Shown: positions 1 to 9,196, numbered from the stretch's first letter. The stretch: DNA of 64,000 nt from an uncultured Gemmatimonadaceae bacterium (GCA_964580055.1 CAZOJI010000011.1:34759-98758); one strand, 5' to 3'. Made by a program: numbers and translations. The notes: generated from the letters alone by a model not told the origin.

Positions 1-1
1 T

Positions 2-832
2 ATGACCATCTCGCAGGCCATTCTGTGGGCGGCGTCGAACGTCGAGCCCGAGAAGAAGCCCTCTGAGATCATGGCTTGCGATCCCTACTTCATCGGCTCG
101 CACTCCGGTGCTTCCGGTGCTTGGGTTTCCGGTCCCGAAGATCTGCAGACCGCAGAGACCAAGGACGAGTATTTCTGGGGTTACGCCAACATGACGACCG
201 TGCGGGGCATGTTCGCCGCTGGCGACGCCTCCGGTGCTTCCAGTCACAAGTTCTCTTCGGGCTCGTTCACCGAGGGCCGCATCGCAGCCAAGGCGGCGTG
301 CGCATACATCGTTGACAACAACGAGGCCCCGAACGTAGATCAGGCTCAGGTCGATGAATTGACCAAGTTGATTCTCCAGCCGCTGGACACTTACGAAGAG
401 TTCAAGGGTGCGACAACGGATCCCGAGATCAACCCGAACTACATTCGGCCGAAACAGTTCATGTACCGCATGCAGAAGATCATGGACGAGTATTCGGGCG
501 GCGTTTCGGCACAATTCATGACCAGCGACAAGCTCCTCGAGAAGGGCATGGAGCTGCTCGACTTCCTGAGGGAAGACGCGACCAAACAGGCCGCGAGCAG
601 TCTTCACGAGTTGATGCGTTGCTGGGAGAACGTCCACCGTATGTACCAGGCCGATGCGCATATGCGCTCGATTCTGTTCCGTGAAGAGACCCGTTGGCCT
701 GGTTATTACTTCAGAGCGGACAAGCCGAAGATCGACAACGACAATTGGCTTGCGTTCTGTAACTGCAAGTACGACAGGAACACGGGTGAATGGGAGATGA
801 TGAAGAAGCCCGTTAAGTACATCACCGTCTGA
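2..832 (+). CDS. aprA: Adenylylsulfate (APS) reductase alpha subunit, C-terminal 276 aa (5' end outside window)
   Basis: ORF is open to the window edge. The C-terminal flavoprotein stretches FAAGDASGASSHKFSSGSFTEGR and REETRWPGYYFRADKP look like AprA. qmoABC and sat follow on the same strand. Confidence 0.9.
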   Translation: MTISQAILWAASNVEPEKKPSEIMACDPYFIGSHSGASGAWVSGPEDLQTAETKDEYFWGYANMTTVRGMFAAGDASGASSHKFSSGSFTEGRIAAKAACAYIVDNNEAPNVDQAQVDELTKLILQPLDTYEEFKGATTDPEINPNYIRPKQFMYRMQKIMDEYSGGVSAQFMTSDKLLEKGMELLDFLREDATKQAASSLHELMRCWENVHRMYQADAHMRSILFREETRWPGYYFRADKPKIDNDNWLAFCNCKYDRNTGEWEMMKKPVKYITV

Positions 833-854
833 TTGGTTGTTGGAAATCGGGACT

Positions 855-881
855 CTCGGGCGTCGCTCCTTGACGCCCGAG
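855..881 (+). terminator. GC-rich stem-loop 23 nt after the aprA stop (possible partial terminator or mRNA stabiliser)
   Basis: Perfect 10-bp stem CTCGGGCGTC / GACGCCCGAG with a 7-nt loop. No U-tract follows, so it is not a canonical intrinsic terminator. Confidence 0.35.
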
Positions 882-1000
882 GTCCCACTCCTGGACTCCA
901 CAGAAACTTCTTGTCACCGAAAGGCACACGGACTTTCGCGGCTGGGCGAGGGACGGTTTCCAGGCCGGCATGATTGGGTGATGATCGACCGAGGAATCCA

Positions 1001-1285
1001 ATGAAAGAAATGTCTCGAACCTGCCCACATTGTAGCACACGTCTCAGTAAGTGGCGCGTGCCAGCTGAAGCCTCCTGGGAAGAGGAGTTCTTCTACGTCT
1101 GTTTCAACGATGGCTGCTCGTACTATCAAAACGGCTGGAAGTGGATGGAGGAGCAGTTCAGTCAACGTGCATCCTACAGATACGCGGTCAATCCGACTAC
1201 CGGTGCCGCTTCGCCACTTCCTGTCTGGTCCGACACGGCAACAAGGGAGATGATCGTAGATGAGAGTGAAGGGAGCAACGAATGA
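1001..1285 (+). CDS. Small 4-Cys zinc-ribbon protein of unknown function
   Basis: Track ORF 974..1285. ATG 1001 is preferred because GAGGAA lies 4 nt upstream. It has CPHC ... CFNDGC cysteine pairs. Its stop overlaps the next start (ATGA at 1282-1285). Confidence 0.6.
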   Translation: MKEMSRTCPHCSTRLSKWRVPAEASWEEEFFYVCFNDGCSYYQNGWKWMEEQFSQRASYRYAVNPTTGAASPLPVWSDTATREMIVDESEGSNE

Positions 1286-2178
1286 GTGACGACAATCGCT
1301 TCTCGGCTCCCGGGTCCACGTTGAGGAATCTGGAGGAGAAGTTGTTGGAGGACAGCCCCAGGTTGGGCTTGGACGACAAGTTCAAGTTCGGTTGTCACCC
1401 AGGGGTTTCGTGTTTCAATCGCTGTTGCCACGATGTGAACATCTTTCTCTCTCCCTACGACGTGCTTCGCCTCAAGAATCGTCTGGGCATGACGTCAACC
1501 GAATTCCTGGATAGATACGCTCTGTTGCCGGTTCAAAAGGAGATGAAGACTCCTGTTGTCGTTCTTCGGATGAACGACGACGAGACGAAATCGTGTCCGT
1601 TTCTCAATGATGATGGGTGCAGCGTGTATACTGACAGGCCGTGGCCATGTCGCATGTATCCGCTGGGCATGGCAGCTCAGAAGGACACACCTGACGGGTG
1701 GGGCGGGGAGAAGTTCTATTTCCTCTTGCAGGAAGAGGCGTGCAAGGGTTTTGGCGAGGATACGGAGTGGACGGTGCGCCAATGGCTCGACGACCAAGGC
1801 ATCTATGAGTACGACCGCTGGGGCGACGGCTACAAGGAACTGACATTGCACCAGTTCTTCGAAAGTGACGAGGCCGCGCTCTCGCCTGAAAAGATGCACA
1901 TGCTGTTCACAGCCTGCTACGATCTGGACAGGTTCCGGGAGTTCGTGTTCGAGAGCACGCTGCTGGACCGCTTCGAGATCGATGAGGAGTTCGTCGAAGC
2001 CATGCGCACGGATGATGAAGAACTGCTGAGGTTCGGATACCTGTGGCTGCAGTTCAGCCTGTTTGGTGAGAAAACGATAAGAGTGAAGGCCGAGGTCGCC
2101 GAGGCTTTCAAAGGAAGCCTCGACAAGCGGCAAGTGTTCGACAAGGAGTCTGCCGACGAAGGCTCCCGAAAAGGATAG
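1282..2178 (+). CDS. CxxCxxCC-family (YkgJ/UPF0153-like) putative Zn/Fe-S protein
   Basis: Has the motifs GVSCFNRCCHD and CPFLNDDGCSVYTDRPWPCRMYP typical of the PF03692-type family. Overlaps the upstream ORF in ATGA fashion and ends 3 nt before qmoA. Confidence 0.7.
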   Translation: MSDDNRFSAPGSTLRNLEEKLLEDSPRLGLDDKFKFGCHPGVSCFNRCCHDVNIFLSPYDVLRLKNRLGMTSTEFLDRYALLPVQKEMKTPVVVLRMNDDETKSCPFLNDDGCSVYTDRPWPCRMYPLGMAAQKDTPDGWGGEKFYFLLQEEACKGFGEDTEWTVRQWLDDQGIYEYDRWGDGYKELTLHQFFESDEAALSPEKMHMLFTACYDLDRFREFVFESTLLDRFEIDEEFVEAMRTDDEELLRFGYLWLQFSLFGEKTIRVKAEVAEAFKGSLDKRQVFDKESADEGSRKG

Positions 2179-2181
2179 ATC

Positions 2182-3450
2182 ATGAGCGGAAATGGCAAAC
2201 GGGGTACGATACTCGTTGTCGGTGGTGGAATAAGCGGAATTACGGCTGCAATAGAGGCGTCCGAAGCTGGCAAGGACGTCGTACTGGTGGACAAGAACCC
2301 GTACTTGGGTGGACGTGTCGCCCAGATGAAACAGTACTTCCCAAAGATGTGCCCACCTTCCTGCGGTCTGGAGATCAACCTGCGGCGCATAAGGACCAGT
2401 TCCAGCATACGTTGTCTGACGCTGTCCGAAGTCGAGAAAGTCGCCGGGGAGGCGGGGCGTTATCAGGTCACCGTCAAACGACAGCCACGGCGGGTGAACA
2501 GTAAATGCACCGCGTGCGGTGAATGCGTTGAAGTCTGCCCTGAGGAGCGTCCCAGCGAGTTCGACTGCGGAATGGGGACCACCAAAGCGATCTACCTGCC
2601 ATACAGGATGGCCTACCCCGTCCAGTACGTAATCGATGAAGCTGCATGTCTCGGTCCCGAGTGTGGCAAGTGTGTGGAGGCTTGTCCATACGACGCCATC
2701 GATCTCGAGATGAGTCCGGACACCATCGAGGTCGAAGCGGAGGCAGTGATCTGGGCTACCGGCTGGGACCAACCGGACGCCACGAAGATCGAGGGGCTCG
2801 GCTTTGGCAAGTACAAGAATGTCATAACCAACCTAATGATGGAGCGGCTGGCTGCGGAGAACGGGCCTACCGGAGGCAAGATCAAGAGGCCGTCCGATGA
2901 CAAGGAACCCGATGCCGTCGCGTTCGTACAGTGCGCAGGTTCTCGCGATGAGAATTACCTCAAGCATTGTTCCGGCGTGTGTTGCATGGCATCGCTCAAG
3001 CAGACGCAATATGTCCGGGAGCAGTATCCCGAGGCAGATATCTTCGTTTTCTACATCGACATTCGCGCACCTGGTAGACTCGAAGACTACTACCAGATGT
3101 GTCAGGAGGATGAAAAACTCCATCTGATCAAAGGAAAGGTGGCGAAGATATCGGAAGACTCTGCGAATGGCGATGTGATCGTGGAAGCAGAGGATACCAT
3201 GACTGGTGAGCGTATCGAGCAAAAGGTCAATCTGGTCGTGCTCGCAACCGGCCTCGTGCCCGCACCTGCACCGGTTAACTTCGAGGTCGATGGTGGCCTC
3301 CAGAGAGATGAGCACGGGTTCCTCACCAGCGAACAATCCCTCACAGGTATGGTCGGCGCCGGATGTGCGAAGCGTCCAGTGGACGTAGCTGTCTGTTTGA
3401 GGGACGCTACGAACGCCGCCTTGAAAGCCTTGCAGAGTGGTGTGGAGTAG
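2182..3450 (+). CDS. qmoA: Quinone-interacting membrane-bound oxidoreductase subunit A (HdrA-like flavoprotein)
   Basis: N-terminal FAD fold VVGGGISGITAA. Ferredoxin motifs CTACGECVEVCP and CGKCVEACP. HdrA-like FVQCAGSRD and CSGVCC stretches. Sits immediately before qmoB and qmoC. Confidence 0.9.
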   Translation: MSGNGKRGTILVVGGGISGITAAIEASEAGKDVVLVDKNPYLGGRVAQMKQYFPKMCPPSCGLEINLRRIRTSSSIRCLTLSEVEKVAGEAGRYQVTVKRQPRRVNSKCTACGECVEVCPEERPSEFDCGMGTTKAIYLPYRMAYPVQYVIDEAACLGPECGKCVEACPYDAIDLEMSPDTIEVEAEAVIWATGWDQPDATKIEGLGFGKYKNVITNLMMERLAAENGPTGGKIKRPSDDKEPDAVAFVQCAGSRDENYLKHCSGVCCMASLKQTQYVREQYPEADIFVFYIDIRAPGRLEDYYQMCQEDEKLHLIKGKVAKISEDSANGDVIVEAEDTMTGERIEQKVNLVVLATGLVPAPAPVNFEVDGGLQRDEHGFLTSEQSLTGMVGAGCAKRPVDVAVCLRDATNAALKALQSGVE

Positions 3451-3454
3451 ACAA

Positions 3455-5707
3455 GTGGAGAATAAAGAGAAGAAACTCGCGGTTTGGATCTGTCAGGGTT
3501 GCGATATCGGCAAGTCCGTCGACGTGGAAGCCTTGGAGAAAATCGCTACTGACGAATACAATGTCGACACCTGCCGTACGCACGATTGTGCCTGCGGTGA
3601 GGAAGCGGTTGAGCTGATCAAGAAAGATGTCCAGGATGGAGTCAATAGCCTCGTGGTAGCAGGCTGTTCGCCGCGCTTCAACACAGACACTTTCGCGTTC
3701 GACGACTGTTTCACGGAGCGCGTGAATCTGCGCGAGATGGTCGTGTGGAGCCATCCATCCGACGACGAAGACACGCAGATGCTCGCCGAAGACTACCTTC
3801 GGATAGGTATCGTGCGCGCGCAGAAGGCCAACACGCCCGTGCCGTTCGAAGCCGAAATCAACAAGACGATTTTGGTGGTTGGTGGTGGGCCTGCAGGAAT
3901 GAGTGCTGCATTGCAAGCAGCCAAAGCCGGTTACGAGGTGGTGCTGGTAGAGAAGGAGAAGGAGCTGGGTGGCTGGCCTCTGAAATTCGCCAAGTTGTAC
4001 CCACACAAGCCGCCTTATCGTGACCTCGATCCAATCGACGTGGATTCGCCAATTCCGGAAATCGAGGCGAACGAGCGGATTACCGTGCACACGTCATCGG
4101 TGATCGGGGAGATCACCGGCCAACCCGGCCAGTTCGACGTCTCGGTGAAGCGCAACGGTTCGGCCACGGAATTGCGCGTTGGAGCAATCGTTCAGGCAAC
4201 CGGATGGAAGCCTTACGACGCTTCCAAGCTGGGTCATCTTGGGTACGGGTGCAAGAACGTGATTACGAACGTCGAGATGGAAGAGTTGGCAGCCAGCGGC
4301 AAGATAACTCGACCTTCCGACGGAAAGCCGGCCCGCAAGATTGCTTTCGTTCAGTGCGCCGGATCGCGCGACAAGGAGCATCTGCCGTACTGCTCCGGCG
4401 TGTGCTGCAGAGTGACGCTGAAACAGGCGCTCTTGGCCCGGGAACTGGATGACGAGACCCAGGCATTCGTTCTCTACAAAGACATCAGGTCGCCAGGGCA
4501 ATACGAGGACTTCTACCGCAGGGCCCAAGAGGATTCGGAGATCTTCTTCACCAAGGGTGAAGTGGTTTCTGTGAGTGAAGCCGACAACAACGACCTCATC
4601 GTCGCGATGGAGGACACGCTTCTTGGCGATAACATCCAGATAGAAGCTGACCTGGTAGTGCTTGCGACTGGAATGGTGCCGAACGCCGCTGACGGAGAGG
4701 CGATACGTCAGCTCGAAGATGCCAAGCGCACAATAGCGAAGAATGAGCCGGGCGCGCAGCTCGAAGGGGCCAAAGAGACGTACGAGAGACTCAAGGATCA
4801 CGAGGGATCGGAGATCTTGAACCTGAAGTACCGGCAGGGACCCGATCTTCCGGCGTTGAAATATGAATTCCCCGACTCTCACTTCATCTGTTTCCCGTAC
4901 GAAACGCGGCGCACCGGCATCTATGCGGCGGGCGGAGTCCGCGCCCCCAGCGACAGCCTGTACAGCAAGGAAGATGGTGCGGGGGCGGCTCTCAAAGCCA
5001 TTCAGTGCGTGGAACTCGCGACGCGTGGTATGGCGATGCATCCTCGATGGGAAGACCAGTCGTACCCTGACTTTGCCTTACAGCGGTGCACCAGATGCAA
5101 ACGTTGCACTGAGGAGTGCCCGTTCGGTACCATAGATGAGGATGCGGAGGGCACCCCGGTGCCCAACCTCACACGGTGTCGGCGTTGCGGTATCTGTCTG
5201 GGCGCTTGTCCCGAGCGAATTATCTCTTTCAAGGACTACTCGATTGACATCGTGTCTTCGATGATCAAGGCCGTAGAGATTCCAGATGAGTTCGAGGAAA
5301 AACCGCGTCTCCTAGGTTTGTTGTGCGAAAACGATGCTTATCCCGCGTTGGACACGGCCGGCCTCAACCGCATCCAACACAGTGCTTTCATACGCATCAT
5401 CCCGGTTCGGTGTTTAGGATCGGTCAACCTGGTCTGGATCGCTGATGCTCTATCGAGAGGTTTCGACGGTATTCTATTGATCGGATGCAAATCAGGCGAC
5501 GACTATCAGTGTCATTTCATTCGCGGAAGTGAATTGATGGGAACGCGGGGCAAGAACGTTCAGGAGAAGCTTCAACAACTAGCACTGGAAGAGGAACGAG
5601 TCCGCCTCGAGCAACTCAGCATCGATGAGGTGAAGAGGCTGCCTGAGATCATCGATGAGTTCGCGGAACAGATCGACGAGATCGGGTTGAACCCGTTCAA
5701 GATGTAA
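3455..5707 (+). CDS. qmoB: Qmo subunit B (HdrA-like flavoprotein with C-terminal MvhD-like domain)
   Basis: Has VVGGGPAGMSAAL, FVQCAGSRD, CTRCKRCTEECP and CRRCGICLGACP, plus a C-terminal Cys-containing domain. GTG 3455 is preferred over the track start 3437 because GGAG lies 7 nt upstream and it clears the qmoA stop. Confidence 0.88.
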   Translation: MENKEKKLAVWICQGCDIGKSVDVEALEKIATDEYNVDTCRTHDCACGEEAVELIKKDVQDGVNSLVVAGCSPRFNTDTFAFDDCFTERVNLREMVVWSHPSDDEDTQMLAEDYLRIGIVRAQKANTPVPFEAEINKTILVVGGGPAGMSAALQAAKAGYEVVLVEKEKELGGWPLKFAKLYPHKPPYRDLDPIDVDSPIPEIEANERITVHTSSVIGEITGQPGQFDVSVKRNGSATELRVGAIVQATGWKPYDASKLGHLGYGCKNVITNVEMEELAASGKITRPSDGKPARKIAFVQCAGSRDKEHLPYCSGVCCRVTLKQALLARELDDETQAFVLYKDIRSPGQYEDFYRRAQEDSEIFFTKGEVVSVSEADNNDLIVAMEDTLLGDNIQIEADLVVLATGMVPNAADGEAIRQLEDAKRTIAKNEPGAQLEGAKETYERLKDHEGSEILNLKYRQGPDLPALKYEFPDSHFICFPYETRRTGIYAAGGVRAPSDSLYSKEDGAGAALKAIQCVELATRGMAMHPRWEDQSYPDFALQRCTRCKRCTEECPFGTIDEDAEGTPVPNLTRCRRCGICLGACPERIISFKDYSIDIVSSMIKAVEIPDEFEEKPRLLGLLCENDAYPALDTAGLNRIQHSAFIRIIPVRCLGSVNLVWIADALSRGFDGILLIGCKSGDDYQCHFIRGSELMGTRGKNVQEKLQQLALEEERVRLEQLSIDEVKRLPEIIDEFAEQIDEIGLNPFKM

Positions 5708-5742
5708 GGCAGGATCTTCATGTACCAGGGGGTGTTCCCACA

Positions 5743-6966
5743 ATGGCCGATGCCATAGTTCTGAAACCGGACAGGGAATTCCTGAAGACCATCCTCGCTG
5801 AGGGTGGTGCGGACATGAAGAAGTGCGTCCAGTGCGCGACATGTTCGGTCGTGTGTGAGCTTTCGACCGGACGCACGCCATTTCCCCGCAAGGAAATGAT
5901 ATGGGCGCAGTGGGGGCTCAAGGATCGGCTCGTTTCGGATCCGGATATTTGGCAGTGTCATCACTGCAACGATTGTTCTGTGCACTGCATTCGCGGGGCT
6001 CGGCCGGCCGATCTCTTGGCGGCGGTGCGCCACCAAGCCGTGAAGTACTATGCGGTTCCGAGGTTCTTTGCTGAATGGATGGATAAGGCCAAGACGCTTC
6101 CGCTCATGTTGTTGATAGCTGTGGCTTTGGTGGGGCTCGGCTTGGCTATCCGCGGTCCACTGGAGGCGGTGCTCGGTGTTGGAGAGACGCACCACGAGTT
6201 CTATGCTGCATTTTTTCCGCACTGGCTGTTGATTATCTACTTCACGACAATCACGGGTTTGGCTGCGCTGGCGGTCGTAATAGGTGCCGTGAAGTTCTGG
6301 CGAGCGATGAAAGCCGCAGATCGGGCGTCGGGCGCCGGCCCGCCTACGTTGGGCATAGTGCCTAGCATTTTTATTTCGCTGAAGTCGATTGTTGTGCATG
6401 ACAGATTTGCCAAATGCACGAGTCACGTTTCTCGCAGAGTGGCCCATTTGCTGGCGTTCTACGGTTTCGTTGTTTTGCTCGTGGTTACCGTATGGGCTGT
6501 AATGGACCTGTACCTGTTCCCGGTTATGGGAATTGAGTCGAGGTATCCGTTCGATCTCCTTCATCCGTTGAAGATCATCGCGAATGTAGGTGCGGTTCTG
6601 CTCATCTACGGTTGCGTTAGGGCGATTCTCGATCGCCGGCGCGAGCTTGAGGAAGCACCCATATCCACTGTTTTTGATTGGACTTTCTTGTGGCTGCTTC
6701 TTTTTGTAGGTGTTTCGGGGGTACTCACAGAGGCACTCAGATTCGTCGGTGAGCCCGCCGACGTCGCATGGCTGACATACACCGCGTACACCATCTACTT
6801 CATGCATCTGGTGGGTGTAGTGGGTCTGTTGGTGTATTTGCCGTATTCCAAGTTCGCTCACCTCGTCTACAGAACGGTCGCGATGGTTTACTCTGAGCAT
6901 ACCGGCCGGAACGTGAGCGACTCGAAGAGTTTGGTCCCGGTGGGCAAAGGACCCAGTAGGCAGTGA
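5743..6966 (+). CDS. qmoC: Qmo subunit C (HdrC-like FeS domain fused to HdrE-like membrane haem-b domain)
   Basis: N-terminal CVQCATCSVVCE and CHHCNDCSVHC motifs are followed by about six hydrophobic helices. Position after qmoAB. Confidence 0.88.
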   Translation: MADAIVLKPDREFLKTILAEGGADMKKCVQCATCSVVCELSTGRTPFPRKEMIWAQWGLKDRLVSDPDIWQCHHCNDCSVHCIRGARPADLLAAVRHQAVKYYAVPRFFAEWMDKAKTLPLMLLIAVALVGLGLAIRGPLEAVLGVGETHHEFYAAFFPHWLLIIYFTTITGLAALAVVIGAVKFWRAMKAADRASGAGPPTLGIVPSIFISLKSIVVHDRFAKCTSHVSRRVAHLLAFYGFVVLLVVTVWAVMDLYLFPVMGIESRYPFDLLHPLKIIANVGAVLLIYGCVRAILDRRRELEEAPISTVFDWTFLWLLLFVGVSGVLTEALRFVGEPADVAWLTYTAYTIYFMHLVGVVGLLVYLPYSKFAHLVYRTVAMVYSEHTGRNVSDSKSLVPVGKGPSRQ

Positions 6967-7053
6967 CCGGGATCGCCGTCAAGGTCCCTATTGGAGGAAC
7001 GGGAAGGACGTTTCCTCCGCCGACAATCTTTGAACGAAAGGAAGGAAAAGTTC

Positions 7054-8259
7054 ATGGGCCAGTTGGTTAAACCGCATGGTTCGGAGACGTTGAACCCATT
7101 GTACGTTGCGGACGATGCAAAGCGTGCCGAGTTGCTGAAGGAAGCGGAAGGGCTACCCAAATTGCTCGTCTGCTCTCAGGCAGCTGCCAACGCGGTGATG
7201 CTTGGTTCAGGGTATTTCAACCCGCTCAAGGGTTACATGAGTCTCGCCGATTCGATTTCCGTTGCCGAGAACATGAAGACGACCGATGGTCTCTTCTGGC
7301 CGGTTCCGATAGTCAACGTGGTGGCCGATGCCTCGGCCGTCGAAGGAGCGAAGCGCATCGCGCTGTTGGATCCAAACGTCGCCGGAAAGCCGGTGATCGC
7401 GATTCAAGATGTCGAGTCGGTCGACGTGGCCACCAAAGAGCAGATGACGAAGATGGCGGAGAAGGTCTTCCACACCACCGACGCGGAGCACCCCGGTGTG
7501 CAGAACTTCATATCGGCGGGCAACACATTCGTTGCTGGCCCGATCCAGGTGCTCAGCTATTCGTATTTCGCGGCTGACTTTCCAGAGACTTTCCGCACCG
7601 CGGTACAGATTCGCAAGAAGATCGAGGAAGACGGCTGGTCGAAAGTCGTTGCGTTCCAGACGCGTAATCCCATGCACCGTGCTCACGAGGCGCTAGTCAA
7701 GATGGCGATGGAGCGGACCGGTGCTGACGGTGCGGTGATCCACATGTTGCTCGGCAAGCTGAAGAAGGGTGACATTCCGGCCGACGTACGTGACGCGGCC
7801 ATCCGCAAGATGGTTGAACTATACTTCGAGCCGAATACCGTCGAGATCACCGGTTACGGTTATGACATGCTCTACGCCGGCCCCCGCGAGGCGGTGCTGC
7901 ATGCGGTGTTCCGCCAGAACATGGGAGCTTCGCACCTCATCGTCGGCCGCGATCACGCTGGAGTCGGTGACTACTACGGGCCGTTCGAAGCGCAAGAGAT
8001 CTTCAAGACGGAGGTCCCCGAAGGCGCCCTGGAGATCGATATCTTCGAGGCGGACCACACGGCCTATTCAAAGGTGGTCGGGGATGTGATCATGATGTGT
8101 GAGGCGCCGGAAGGTCACAAGAAGGAGGACTTCGTGCTCCTTTCAGGCACCAAGGTTCGCGAGATGCTGGCCAACGGCGAGGAACTGCCGCAGGAGTTCG
8201 CAAGGCCTGAGGTGGCGCACATTCTGATGGGCTACTATCAGTCACTGCAGAAGGGCTGA
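7054..8259 (+). CDS. sat: Sulfate adenylyltransferase (ATP sulfurylase)
   Basis: Has QTRNPMHRAHE (HxxH) and IVGRDHAGV motifs. ATG 7054 has an AAGGAAGGAAAAG purine-rich RBS. The track start TTG 6991 was judged spurious. Confidence 0.92.
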   Translation: MGQLVKPHGSETLNPLYVADDAKRAELLKEAEGLPKLLVCSQAAANAVMLGSGYFNPLKGYMSLADSISVAENMKTTDGLFWPVPIVNVVADASAVEGAKRIALLDPNVAGKPVIAIQDVESVDVATKEQMTKMAEKVFHTTDAEHPGVQNFISAGNTFVAGPIQVLSYSYFAADFPETFRTAVQIRKKIEEDGWSKVVAFQTRNPMHRAHEALVKMAMERTGADGAVIHMLLGKLKKGDIPADVRDAAIRKMVELYFEPNTVEITGYGYDMLYAGPREAVLHAVFRQNMGASHLIVGRDHAGVGDYYGPFEAQEIFKTEVPEGALEIDIFEADHTAYSKVVGDVIMMCEAPEGHKKEDFVLLSGTKVREMLANGEELPQEFARPEVAHILMGYYQSLQKG

Positions 8260-8356
8260 GTGAACAGAGGACCGCTGGGTTGGCTCTGATTTCTGTGGAC
8301 GGAGACCAGGACCGACCGGTCAAGTTAGTTTACGCGGGCATGATTTGTTCCGAGTC

Positions 8357-8665
8357 ATGTCCGAGAGGGAAGGGAGTCGGGGGACAGCTTGGGCTCTGGC
8401 TGAAATTCTCGCCGGCTCCCTCGGTGAATGCATGGCGATGATGGTGCAGAACTGCTCCGGCACGCCTGGATACACCGAGGGCGACGTGGTGTTTCCGGTG
8501 ACATTGGAGTTGGGGGAAGAGGCGAAACGTGAGGGAGGCTTCGCCGCCGACTTGAAGTTGCCTGATCGGTCGCTGTACGAGAATTGGGCACCGTCAGGAC
8601 TGTCGCTGAGTCATGTTTGGTCAGCGGGCACTGATCGTATCGCCCAGGATATTGAATTGAGTTAG
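8357..8665 (+). CDS. Orphan ORF between sat and dsrC (hypothetical, coding status uncertain)
   Basis: Track ORF 8345..8665. Third-codon positions look G/C-biased like neighbouring genes. I recognise no motif and there is no clear RBS. Confidence 0.3.
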   Translation: MSEREGSRGTAWALAEILAGSLGECMAMMVQNCSGTPGYTEGDVVFPVTLELGEEAKREGGFAADLKLPDRSLYENWAPSGLSLSHVWSAGTDRIAQDIELS

Positions 8666-8740
8666 TTGGTTGGGTAAACGCACTCTGGCTGGTCGTTTGC
8701 GCCGGCGAGCGCAAGACCGCAAAGAAAATGGAGGAGACTG

Positions 8741-9058
8741 ATGGCAGAGGTTGAGCTTGGTGGCAAGATGATGGAAATCGATGAGGACGGCTTCATCCAG
8801 GATCCGGATCAGTGGGACGAGGCCGTTGCCGCCGATTTGGCTAAGACGGAAGGCGTCGACGAACTCACTGATGATCACTGGAAGCTCGTGAACTACTTGA
8901 GAGAGTACTACCTCGAGTTCAACATGGCACCGATGATCCGCAAACTTTGTAAGGCAACTGGTTTCAAGCTCAAGGAGATCTACGATTTGTTCCCGAGTGG
9001 CCCGGCGAAAGGTGCCTGTAAGGTGGCAGGTCTTCCAAAGCCGACTGGCTGCGTATGA
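8741..9058 (+). CDS. dsrC: Dissimilatory sulfite reductase gamma protein DsrC
   Basis: 105 aa. The C-terminal arm CKVAGLPKPTGCV carries the two conserved Cys 10 residues apart, the second one penultimate. GGAGGAG RBS. Confidence 0.95.
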   Translation: MAEVELGGKMMEIDEDGFIQDPDQWDEAVAADLAKTEGVDELTDDHWKLVNYLREYYLEFNMAPMIRKLCKATGFKLKEIYDLFPSGPAKGACKVAGLPKPTGCV

Positions 9059-9063
9059 TTGAA

Positions 9064-9091
9064 ACGGCGCGGGCTCGAAAACCTGCGCCGT
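9064..9091 (+). terminator. Stem-loop 5 nt after the dsrC stop (putative terminator or attenuator)
   Basis: ACGGCGCGGG / CCTGCGCCGT forms a 10-bp stem with one G-U pair and an 8-nt loop. Only a weak U-rich tail follows. Confidence 0.4.
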
Positions 9092-9196
9092 CGTTCAGAA
9101 ATGGTTCTGTACTGATTGGAACCGCGACAGGCTGTAGGCCGATTGCTCGATTGGTGGGGCGGCTCGGTCCGTACGGTGACGGTAGGGAGATGAGTG

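Noticed and set aside
1495-2772. Long antisense ORFs in the track: 1495..2772 (-, 425 aa), 5572..6900 (-, 442 aa), 20617..21558 (+, 313 aa), 58274..59845 (+, 523 aa), 54306..55244 (-) and others.
   Set aside because: Each lies opposite to, or out of frame with, a gene that has strong motif support. Their products are Arg/Pro/Ser-rich and low-complexity with no motifs. These are typical shadow ORFs of GC-rich DNA.
3437-3454. Track start codons that extend genes upstream: qmoB 3437, sat 6991, dsrM 9690, dsrB 16197, hydG 29628, OFOR alpha 49344, M6 peptidase 57098, thrC-like 27361, speH 63765.
   Set aside because: The extensions overlap upstream genes or add non-conserved Arg-rich leaders. Internal ATG or GTG codons with Shine-Dalgarno-like sequences reproduce the expected family N-termini.
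8355-8714. Minus-strand 119-aa ORF in the sat-dsrC spacer.
   Set aside because: The product is Pro/Ser/Arg-rich and low-complexity, antisense to the better-looking plus-strand ORF, and has no RBS.
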